NCBI GenBank assembly: GCA_043819095.1
Contig: JBDRFF010000056.1
Span: 20,076-84,075 of the forward strand
DNA length: 64,000 bases
DNA from: Candidatus Omnitrophota bacterium
GTDB taxonomy: Bacteria > Omnitrophota > Gorgyraeia > VGKH01
Direction of reading: 5' to 3'
A program made the translations under genes and the position numbers. Below are positions 30,953 through 38,696 of the stretch, piece by piece. The notes beneath the pieces are model-generated. The model saw only the letters and a list, made by a program, of their open reading frames with translations, was not told where the DNA came from and did not search any database. The stretch's first letter is position 1. Every line of letters begins with the position of its first letter.

Positions 30953-31228
30953 TCACTCTTTCTTATCCCAGTAATCCTCAGCCTCTTTTTCCATTTTCTC
31001 AAGCCGGTCGTAATAATCCAAGAATTCGTTTAAATGGGCTAAAGCGATTTTACCCGTGGTTAGGATATCGTCGTTAGATACGTTTGTGTGGGCATCGCAC
31101 AGGCCATGCTCTAACTCAACATCCATTCCCATCCTGAACTGCTCAACATCGAATTTATCCCATTTGATGCCTAACTGCTCACCGATTTTCTTTGCTTCCT
31201 CTGCAGTAAAACTATTTTTCGCAGACAT
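30953..31228 (-). CDS. conserved hypothetical cytoplasmic protein with a VELEHG motif (resembles the DUF5661-type family, from memory)
   Basis: The track ORF starts at TTG 31255. ATG 31228 is preceded by aaagga. The protein is acidic and helical, with MGMDVELEHG and IALAHLNEFLDYYDRLEKME. Confidence 0.55.
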   Translation of the reverse strand: MSAKNSFTAEEAKKIGEQLGIKWDKFDVEQFRMGMDVELEHGLCDAHTNVSNDDILTTGKIALAHLNEFLDYYDRLEKMEKEAEDYWDKKE

Positions 31229-31275
31229 TGTTTTATCCTTTCTTTTATCTACCAACCCAGTTAGATTAGGTTTTA

Positions 31276-31389
31276 TTATTTAAAAGCCTGATACAGTCCG
31301 TAGCTGGCTGCTGCGGATAATAAAAGACCGATACAGCCTTGCAAAAATGGTATGGAAAGCAACAATAAAATCAAAAAAAGTTTTTTCAT
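31276..31389 (-). CDS. 37-aa putative lipoprotein
   Basis: Hand translation gives MKKLFLILLLLSIPFLQGCIGLLLSAAASYGLYQAFK. It has a lipobox LQGC and a weak SD (aaagga). Confidence 0.4.
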   Translation of the reverse strand: MKKLFLILLLLSIPFLQGCIGLLLSAAASYGLYQAFK

Positions 31390-31455
31390 ATGGGTCCTTT
31401 CTTTTTCTTAATAATCTTAACTCATTTTTCCGAATTTTGCAAGGATAAAACAAAT

Positions 31456-31486
31456 GGGGCGCTCCGACGAAGTGTCGGAGCGCCCC
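31456..31486 (-). terminator. strong rho-independent terminator
   Basis: ggggcgctccgac / gtcggagcgcccc forms a 13-bp stem with a 5-nt loop, followed on the minus strand by atttgtttta. It lies 27 nt after the stop at 31513. Confidence 0.65.
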
Positions 31487-31512
31487 CATAAACTTCATTA
31501 CTGAAATCCTTG

Positions 31513-31980
31513 CTACTTAGTCTTACCAACGCCCCTTATGCTCTTTATCCTTGTCTGTACCTTCTCTTGGGCCTGTTCTTTTTCCTGTTTTGCTTTTTTA
31601 GTTCTTACTCTTATTTGCTCTTTGGCTTTTTCTGCTTCTTTTTTAGTCTTTTTAGCTTTTTCTTTTGCTTTTTCAGCCTTCTCCCCTACTTCTTCTTGAG
31701 CCTTTTTGACTGCCTTCTCTGCCTCTTTAGCTTTTTTTTCTGCCTCTTTCTTGGCACGTTCGGCAGCTCTCTCTACATCGCGTTCAGCGATAATTTTGGC
31801 TTTTTCCTCCTCGGATTTGCCGATTGTAGCGAACCAGTCGCTTACGCGATGAAATACTGCCTTATCACTTGCGCGCTCTAAAGCTCTATCGCTTGCGCCC
31901 TTTCTATCTTTTTGGGCATAAACAGGCAAAGAAATTACAACCAGAGACAAAACTAAAACAATCACAATGAGCTTTCTCAT
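31513..31980 (-). CDS. secreted Lys/Glu/Ala-rich low-complexity protein
   Basis: 155 aa. Signal peptide MRKLIVIVLVLSLVVISLPVYA, followed by a KEAEKKAKEAEKAVKK-type charged helical repeat region. SD agaggg. Confidence 0.68.
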   Translation of the reverse strand: MRKLIVIVLVLSLVVISLPVYAQKDRKGASDRALERASDKAVFHRVSDWFATIGKSEEEKAKIIAERDVERAAERAKKEAEKKAKEAEKAVKKAQEEVGEKAEKAKEKAKKTKKEAEKAKEQIRVRTKKAKQEKEQAQEKVQTRIKSIRGVGKTK

Positions 31981-32005
31981 TTTTGACCCTCTTTCTTAAA
32001 AAATG

Positions 32006-32173
32006 TTATTTCTTCTTTCCTACTAAAAAATAGGCTGCTACTCCTATATAAGGGATAATCAAAACCAAAACAATCCAAAGGACCTTTTTGCCTGTCTCTT
32101 TGATATTTTTTAGAATATCAACGATAGCAATAATAACCAGCACTAAATATAATAATCCTAACAGACCTTTCAT
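32006..32173 (-). CDS. 55-aa two-TM protein, PLD-nuclease N-terminal (PLDc_N) type
   Basis: Hand translation gives MKGLLGLLYLVLVIIAIVDILKNIKETGKKVLWIVLVLIIPYIGVAAYFLVGKKK. A strong SD (gggaggtg) lies 5 nt upstream. Confidence 0.6.
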   Translation of the reverse strand: MKGLLGLLYLVLVIIAIVDILKNIKETGKKVLWIVLVLIIPYIGVAAYFLVGKKK

Positions 32174-32216
32174 TTTCACCTCCCTATAAAGTCATCATGA
32201 ATTTATCATGACAATC

Positions 32217-32564
32217 TTATCTTCCGAAATCAGCAATGCCTTTTTTTACATCCTCTGCGGCTTTCTGGGCCTGTGCGGTTATTGCGTCTTTTGCCTTCTG
32301 GATTAAACCCTTAGCAGATTCAGATTCTTTATCCAGATATCTTAAGACGTATTGGGCTGCATCAATTGCATCCTTGAACTGCTTTGAATTATAAAATGCA
32401 TTTGCCTGGCCAATTAGGTAATTTGCTTTCTCTTCTAGCGTCTCCATAGATTTAGCAACGGCTATTGCATCTTTACTGGAAGATTCTTTCTTTGGCCCGC
32501 AGCCGACTAAACTCAAGCTCGCTGTCAATAAAAATACCAGCATTAAACATAATGTTTTCTTCAC
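32217..32564 (-). CDS. lipoprotein, unknown function
   Basis: The track start, TTG 32585, translates the SD ggagaggagg. The likely start is GTG 32564. Signal VKKTLCLMLVFLLTASLSLVGC has a lipobox. Confidence 0.65.
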   Translation of the reverse strand: MKKTLCLMLVFLLTASLSLVGCGPKKESSSKDAIAVAKSMETLEEKANYLIGQANAFYNSKQFKDAIDAAQYVLRYLDKESESAKGLIQKAKDAITAQAQKAAEDVKKGIADFGR

Positions 32565-32595
32565 GTTTAAACACCTCCTCTCCAAAAATAAAATT

Positions 32596-33750
32596 CTATT
32601 TTGAAATCTGTTCTTTGAAAAGATTTAAAGCGATGATGTTACGCTGAATCTGGTTAGTGCCTTCGTAAATCTGGGTAATCTTGGCATCGCGCATATATTT
32701 TTCTACGGGATAATCCTTCATATAGCCGTATCCGCCAAGAATCTGAACCGCATCGGTTGTAACCTTCATTGCTACATCCGATGCAAACATCTTTGCCATA
32801 GCAGACTCTTTAGCAACTTTTGTATCTCCACTATCTAACTGCTTAGCAACTGAATAAACTAATGCTCGCGCTGCCTCAACCTGTGTTGCCATATCTGCAA
32901 GCATCCATTGAAGACCCTGGAAGGTTGAAATTGATTTTCCAAACTGCTCGCGTTCCTTCGTATATTTGACTGCTTCATCAAGTGCGCCTTGTGCGATTCC
33001 GACTGCCTGGGCTGCAACTCCCGGTCGCGACATATCAAATGTCTTCATCGTAACGATAAAACCCATTCCTTCGCGGGCTAAAAGATTCTCTTTCGGGATT
33101 TTACAATCAGTAAAGATAAGCTCACTTGTGGACGACGCCCTAATACCCATCTTATCTTCTTTTTTACCGAATGTGAATCCGGGCGTACCTTTTTCTACGA
33201 TGAATGCGGATGCACCTCGTGCGCCCTTCTTTTTATCGGTCATTACGATGACTGTATAAATATCCGCATCTCCACCGTTAGTGATAAAATGCTTTGTCCC
33301 GTTTAAAATGTAGTGATCGCCTTGTTTTTTGGCTATAGTCTGGATAGCGCTGGCATCCGATCCTGCTGCCGGCTCAGTGATTCCAAAAGCAGCAAGTTTC
33401 TCACCTTTCGCCAATGGTGGCAAATATTTTTTCTTCTGTTCATCCGACCCGAATAAAATTATCGGGAATGTCCCAAGAGCGCTGGCTGCGTAGCACACGG
33501 CTATACCGCCGCATGCCTTAGAGAGTTCTTCCGTGGCTATGCATAAACTTAAAACACTGATTCCTGTTCCGCCGTATTCTTCCGGAACGAATATTCCGAA
33601 TAAATCCGATTGTGCTAAGACTTTTATAACTTCAGCCGGAAACTTCTCTGACTTATCCAGCTCTGCTGCCACTGGACGAATCTTATCATCGGCAATCTTC
33701 CGGCATAAATCACGGATCATTATTTGCTCTTCAGTTAGTAAATAATTCAT
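32596..33750 (-). CDS. acyl-CoA dehydrogenase (short/butyryl-CoA type)
   Basis: 384 aa. Contains FGITEPAAGSD and a C-terminal ITQIYEGTNQIQRNIIA (catalytic Glu context). Confidence 0.92.
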   Translation of the reverse strand: MNYLLTEEQIMIRDLCRKIADDKIRPVAAELDKSEKFPAEVIKVLAQSDLFGIFVPEEYGGTGISVLSLCIATEELSKACGGIAVCYAASALGTFPIILFGSDEQKKKYLPPLAKGEKLAAFGITEPAAGSDASAIQTIAKKQGDHYILNGTKHFITNGGDADIYTVIVMTDKKKGARGASAFIVEKGTPGFTFGKKEDKMGIRASSTSELIFTDCKIPKENLLAREGMGFIVTMKTFDMSRPGVAAQAVGIAQGALDEAVKYTKEREQFGKSISTFQGLQWMLADMATQVEAARALVYSVAKQLDSGDTKVAKESAMAKMFASDVAMKVTTDAVQILGGYGYMKDYPVEKYMRDAKITQIYEGTNQIQRNIIALNLFKEQISK

Positions 33751-33789
33751 CAGACCTCCTTCAAAGAACCTCTCGGATAGCTATGACAA

Positions 33790-36243
33790 CTACGACTGAT
33801 TCTTTCCTTTTGATTTGACTTTTTTTAATTTCTTTAGGTTATCCCTTATATCCTTATTTTTGGGATCTATTCTTAAACCTTTTTTCCAAATATCCCTTGC
33901 CTCATCATAGCGCTTAGTTTTACCATAAAAAACACCTAAGTTTAAATAAGCTTCTGCATATTTATCGTTTATCTCTATTGCTTTTTTGAACTCCTCTTCT
34001 GCCTCATCGTTCTGTCCTAAGCTGGAAAGAGCTACCCCCAAAGAGGTACGGATTTTCGCGGAATCGGACCTAATCTCTAAAGCGCGTTTATATAAGTCTA
34101 GAGCAGACTTGAAATCTTTCTCATCATAATGAGCTGTACCTAATTCTAATAAATATTCTATGTATTTAGGACTTAATTTAACAGCCTTCTTTAATGATTC
34201 TATCGCTTTCTTATTTTCACCCGTTTTTTTCAATAATAAAGATAACCTATAATATGCGTCTGCATGGTGCGGAGATATCTTGATTGCTGTCTCCATTTCC
34301 TCTATGGCCCCTTCAAGATCACCTAATGCTGAGAGAACCAAACCAGAACCCACTCTTATTTTTGGATCAGATGGATTTAAAATACCAGCTAAGCGATAAC
34401 TCTCAAAGGCCTTATCATATAATTTCTGATTATAATAAACTATGCCTAGCAGTTTATAGGCATTCGATGAATTAGGATTTATTCTTATAGCCTCTTTAGC
34501 TTCTAAAATTGCCTGTTTGTACATACCTAAACCGTATAGCGTATAAGCCCGATTAACATAAGTATAAGGGCTTACCGCCGCAAAGCCTATTTTTTTCAAA
34601 TCAGGCTCTGGGGGTTTCCAGTTACCTAAATCGATTTTAAATTTCTTAATAATAGCTTTGTTTTCTTTCACGTCTTTCAAAAAAATAAGCGAAAATTCAT
34701 CAAAAAAGACTAATTTCCAATCCGGGTCTTTGTAAAAATAAGTTGAGACTTCACGAGGAATTTCAAATAGAACAGAATTCAATAAAGCAGATTTTATATC
34801 ATATTTTTTTATTTGTTCTTCTAGCAGTTTAGTATCTCCATGAACTATTGCATCATATTTTTTGAAGAAATCTATTCCGTAGAGTTCAGTACGACCATCA
34901 ATGAATACCTTAACTTGAGGATAACATCTGCCGATAAGGTAAGCACCGCTATTAAATTCATTATAAATATTACCTTTTATGTTATTCGCTAGAATAAAAT
35001 CAACGGCCTTTTCCGGATACATGGATTTAGAAAATCCGCCTATAGAACTTTTGAAGGAACTTTCATCAAAAACGTAATATTTGCGGTTCATGAATTCCTT
35101 AGCATTCTGCATAACAAACATCATTATAAATACACTAAGTATCCATTTAAGCAGATATTGGATTTTTTCATCTGGGAATAATTTTGTTTTAAACTTCAGA
35201 GAAACTACCCCTCGCATATTTTCCGTGTAAACAAAGTAAGCAATAAAGCAGAAAAACGCAACATTGCGGACGCTAACAGAAGCTAGGATAAAAAAGAACA
35301 CCCAAATTATAATATTAAAAATATTAGCTCTTTTATAATTAAGCTTAAAACTCAATAACGAAATAATAATCAAAACTATATATTGCGTTAGATAATCGGA
35401 CATGAGCACGCTGGAAATGGTTTGGCGCCCAGTGATGGGTGGTAGAAGTTCTACTATATTCTTAAACAATAATCTAGATTCTCCTCCTAGGCTAAAGAAA
35501 ACCTTTAGAGGATAAAGCGCGCCTTCCCAAAAATACGGATTAACTAAACAGGCTAAAATCAAATAGAGAAATACACAAATAAGTTTAATACGGGCAGGGT
35601 CGTTTAGCCTATTAGCTTCGTTCCATTGCCACGGTAGTCTAACTTTTGATTTAACGAAATCGCTTATAATTAAAAATAGTATTAACAACGGACCAACAAA
35701 GAAAAATCCGTGCATATTGGTCCAGATAATCTGAATAGGTATTAAGAGGAAAAGATACCATTTACTATTCAGATATCTATTGATAATTAGCAAGTAAACC
35801 GAAAGGAACAATACGCTAAATATTTCCGGTCTCGCAAATCTAGAGCGAAAAATATAAAGACAAAGCAAGAGTGGAATCAGTGTAATTACATATTCTTTTA
35901 AACGATAACCAATAAAGATAAAAATTAAAAAAACAGCGAACGCCACTATGGTTTGCATGAATAATAACCCAGAGACGCCCAATTTATTATAGAAAGAGAA
36001 AGATATAACCTGGAATAGCCATTCGTGATCTATCCATTTATTCCCAGAATAAATATAAGAGTAAATATCGTAGTGTGGTATGGCCTTATTTGCAAGTATC
36101 CATTCGCCCGTCTTAAGATGTAACCAAGTATCTAATTTAGTAATCTCTCCATTTGAATAGATTATTAATAAGAAAAAAATCAGGAAGAGACAAATAAAAG
36201 CAAATACAAAATCAATTTTCTTAAAAATATTGTCTATTTTCAT
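33790..36243 (-). CDS. polytopic membrane protein with C-terminal TPR repeats (glycosyltransferase-C-like N-terminal half)
   Basis: 817 aa. More than 10 hydrophobic segments in the first ~400 aa. The C-terminal ~270 aa carry repeated AxxxYxxAL/NP TPR-like units. Confidence 0.75.
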   Translation of the reverse strand: MKIDNIFKKIDFVFAFICLFLIFFLLIIYSNGEITKLDTWLHLKTGEWILANKAIPHYDIYSYIYSGNKWIDHEWLFQVISFSFYNKLGVSGLLFMQTIVAFAVFLIFIFIGYRLKEYVITLIPLLLCLYIFRSRFARPEIFSVLFLSVYLLIINRYLNSKWYLFLLIPIQIIWTNMHGFFFVGPLLILFLIISDFVKSKVRLPWQWNEANRLNDPARIKLICVFLYLILACLVNPYFWEGALYPLKVFFSLGGESRLLFKNIVELLPPITGRQTISSVLMSDYLTQYIVLIIISLLSFKLNYKRANIFNIIIWVFFFILASVSVRNVAFFCFIAYFVYTENMRGVVSLKFKTKLFPDEKIQYLLKWILSVFIMMFVMQNAKEFMNRKYYVFDESSFKSSIGGFSKSMYPEKAVDFILANNIKGNIYNEFNSGAYLIGRCYPQVKVFIDGRTELYGIDFFKKYDAIVHGDTKLLEEQIKKYDIKSALLNSVLFEIPREVSTYFYKDPDWKLVFFDEFSLIFLKDVKENKAIIKKFKIDLGNWKPPEPDLKKIGFAAVSPYTYVNRAYTLYGLGMYKQAILEAKEAIRINPNSSNAYKLLGIVYYNQKLYDKAFESYRLAGILNPSDPKIRVGSGLVLSALGDLEGAIEEMETAIKISPHHADAYYRLSLLLKKTGENKKAIESLKKAVKLSPKYIEYLLELGTAHYDEKDFKSALDLYKRALEIRSDSAKIRTSLGVALSSLGQNDEAEEEFKKAIEINDKYAEAYLNLGVFYGKTKRYDEARDIWKKGLRIDPKNKDIRDNLKKLKKVKSKGKNQS

Positions 36244-36274
36244 CTCGAATCACTTTTGATAAACAAGCGCTGAT

Positions 36275-36730
36275 TCATTTAATCTCTTTCACTAATGCGA
36301 CTTCTTTGCAATCAGGAAATTTAGGACAGTTACAGCATTCTGCCCAAATCTTATGAGGGAATTCTTTCTTATCGACTTCAATAAATCCTATTTTTTTGAA
36401 GAAATCCGGTATGAATGTAAGAACAAAAACTTTTTTTATTCCTATTTTCTTTGCTTCATCAAGACAGGATAAAACAAGTTTCTTGCCAATTCCTCTTTTA
36501 TGATATTCAGCATCGACAGCAAGAGACTTTATTTCACCCAAATCGCTCCAACCGACAATGTGCATTGCAGCGCAAGCAATAACTTTGCTGTTATCAACAC
36601 AAATCCAATAATCACGGATACTTTCATAAATTTCATTCAAAGAACGGGGAAGCATAAAATCCTTCTCAGCATAGAAATTTATGACTTTATGGATATCTTT
36701 TGCGTTTTCTATCTTTGCCTTATTTATCAT
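36275..36730 (-). CDS. GNAT N-acetyltransferase (short ArgA-like type)
   Basis: 151 aa. Contains the acetyl-CoA motif YHKRGIGKKLV and a C-terminal CCNCPKFPDC cysteine cluster. Confidence 0.78.
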   Translation of the reverse strand: MINKAKIENAKDIHKVINFYAEKDFMLPRSLNEIYESIRDYWICVDNSKVIACAAMHIVGWSDLGEIKSLAVDAEYHKRGIGKKLVLSCLDEAKKIGIKKVFVLTFIPDFFKKIGFIEVDKKEFPHKIWAECCNCPKFPDCKEVALVKEIK

Positions 36731-36753
36731 ACTTTCTTCGTAATGTAAGTTTT

Positions 36754-36782
36754 ATTATATAATATAAAAAATAATTTTGCAA
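36754..36782 (-). promoter_or_regulatory. near-consensus sigma-70 promoter of the GNAT gene
   Basis: On the minus strand: TTGCAA (36782-77), a 17-nt spacer, TATAAT (36759-54). The -35 box is part of the inverted repeat ttgcaat-aa-attgcaa. Confidence 0.45.
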
Positions 36783-36793
36783 TAAATTGCAAG

Positions 36794-37096
36794 TTATTTA
36801 AATCTATAACTTAGGTCTAATAAAGTTCTTACTAAAAATGATTTTAAAAATATTATGATTAAAAAAGCGATTATGGGTGAGATATCGATTCCGAAACGAA
36901 AACCTAGAGGCAAAATCCTTCTTATGGGAATAAGTATCGGCTCGGTTGTTTTATACAGGAATTGGACTATTGGATTATAAGGATCAGGGTTGACCCAGCT
37001 TATGAGTGCCCGAATCAAGATTAACCAATAAAGAATAGTCAATAAGATATCGGATATACTAGCTAAAGCCGCCAAAAAATTACTTAATACAAACAT
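36794..37096 (-). CDS. YggT-family membrane protein
   Basis: 100 aa. Contains LIRALISWVNPDPYNPIVQFLYKTTEPILIPIRRILP, typical of YggT. Confidence 0.8.
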   Translation of the reverse strand: MFVLSNFLAALASISDILLTILYWLILIRALISWVNPDPYNPIVQFLYKTTEPILIPIRRILPLGFRFGIDISPIIAFLIIIFLKSFLVRTLLDLSYRFK

Positions 37097-37105
37097 TGTT
37101 TGCTA

Positions 37106-38293
37106 TTAACCTCTTAATAATTTCTGATAAACCGCAAGAGTATTATTTGTGACATCTTCTTTTTTATAGTGTGCTTCTACAATTTGCCTTCCAGTTTCTC
37201 CCAATCTTTGCCTTAGTTTATCGTTAGATAGAACCTGGATGACCCGTGATGCCAACGCCTCAAAATCTCTTGGAGCGATAATAAAACCATCTATACCATC
37301 ACGGATAATCTCAGGCATTCCTCCGCAGTTAGTAACGATCATCGGTCTTGCTGTAGCCAAGGCTTCAAGCATAGTAAGACCAAACGGCTCTGAGCTGGAA
37401 GATGGATAAAGACATACCTTGGAAAGCGCATACATTTGGGCTGTCTCTTGCCGAGTATAAACATCAATCAAAATATTATCCTTAAGGCCAAATATTTTTA
37501 CTAAATCTAACATATAGGCAATATCTTTTTGTTGAGTTGAACCCCAGTCAATAATATTTTTAGTTCCGGCCAAAACTAACATTGCATCGGGGAATCTTTC
37601 CCTTATTCTATTCATAGCTTTAATACTGACATCGCAACCTTTTGCCAAGCCCATTCTTGCTGGATGAAATATAACTTTTTTATTTTTTAGCTGAGGATAT
37701 TTCTTCTCTATTTCTTTTGTATTTGTATTGGGAGAAAATTCCTTTATATCGATTCCGTGATGCACTACGGTTATTTTCTTATCATTACAACCAGCGCCGA
37801 TTAACTCTCTTTTTATAAAGTGACTTACTGCAATTATATGATTCCATTTTATCTTTCTGGACAAAACTAAAAATAACATATTATCCCAAACATTGTGGGC
37901 AGTTAAAATAAGCGGTACTTTTCTTTTCTGCGCTTCTTGTTCAACAGCCTTTGCATGCACCTGGCTAAAATAATGCATATTATGACAGTGGATTATATCC
38001 GGATCGACAGCATCAAAGAAATCTCCTAAAAGATTTTTTAGCTCTTCTTTTAATCCGAGGAGACCTCTTTTGAAAAGCCAGTTTAGATCCATTAAAGGCG
38101 TACGATAAATCTTTACTCCTTTATAGTTGTATTGCATCTTTACGCCCTCAAAGGCGCCGGTAAGGAGACTTACTTTATGCCCCATTTTTGCCATTTCAGG
38201 CATAATCGTATCTAAATGCGTCTCAACGCCTCCGATTATTGGAGGAAATCCCCAATGCAGTTGGGCAATATTCAATCTATTCTTTTTCGCCAT
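37106..38293 (-). CDS. GT4-family glycosyltransferase
   Basis: 395 aa. Contains the EPFGLTMLEALATARPMIVTNCGGMPEII EX7E motif. Confidence 0.85.
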   Translation of the reverse strand: MAKKNRLNIAQLHWGFPPIIGGVETHLDTIMPEMAKMGHKVSLLTGAFEGVKMQYNYKGVKIYRTPLMDLNWLFKRGLLGLKEELKNLLGDFFDAVDPDIIHCHNMHYFSQVHAKAVEQEAQKRKVPLILTAHNVWDNMLFLVLSRKIKWNHIIAVSHFIKRELIGAGCNDKKITVVHHGIDIKEFSPNTNTKEIEKKYPQLKNKKVIFHPARMGLAKGCDVSIKAMNRIRERFPDAMLVLAGTKNIIDWGSTQQKDIAYMLDLVKIFGLKDNILIDVYTRQETAQMYALSKVCLYPSSSSEPFGLTMLEALATARPMIVTNCGGMPEIIRDGIDGFIIAPRDFEALASRVIQVLSNDKLRQRLGETGRQIVEAHYKKEDVTNNTLAVYQKLLRG

Positions 38294-38324
38294 ATGTTTT
38301 CCCTTTCTAGAATAATTTTATTTT

Positions 38325-38693
38325 TTAGATCAATTTCTTGATAACGTCTCTCCTAGATATGACACCAACTACTTCGCCTTTTTTGAGCACCGGCAGATGT
38401 CTGAAAGGATTGCTTGCAAAAATCTTAGAAACTTGCCCCATTAAATCATTTTCTGTTATAGTTGTGATTTTCTTACACATAATATCTTTAGCCTTAGTAT
38501 CGAAATATCCACCGGAAGCTATGCCAGAGATGATATCGCTTTCGGAAACAAAACCCACAAGTTTATTTTTTGCATTTACAACCGGAACTCCACTTAAGCT
38601 ATTATTAGAAAGTACACAGCAAATCTTATCAATTCGCATATCTTCAGGAATAGTTACAACTTTTTTTGTCATTAGATCCTTAACCCTTTGCAT
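38325..38693 (-). CDS. CBS-domain pair protein
   Basis: 122 aa with two CBS repeats (MTKKVVTI...GVPVV and MCKKITTI...HLPVL). Confidence 0.85.
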   Translation of the reverse strand: MQRVKDLMTKKVVTIPEDMRIDKICCVLSNNSLSGVPVVNAKNKLVGFVSESDIISGIASGGYFDTKAKDIMCKKITTITENDLMGQVSKIFASNPFRHLPVLKKGEVVGVISRRDVIKKLI

Positions 38694-38696
38694 TTT

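Noticed and set aside
31280-31498. 72-aa minus-strand ORF from the track
   Set aside because: It reads through a 13-bp GC terminator hairpin (31456..31486) and lacks an SD. A different frame gives a plausible 37-aa lipobox peptide (31276..31389).
31510-31881. 123-aa Phe/Leu/Ser-rich plus-strand ORF, and apparent tandem repeats in the DNA (possible CRISPR or tandem-repeat array)
   Set aside because: It is the antisense image of the Lys/Glu/Ala-rich secreted protein gene. The repetitiveness is imperfect codon-level low complexity (GAA/AAA/GCN), with no regular repeat-spacer structure.
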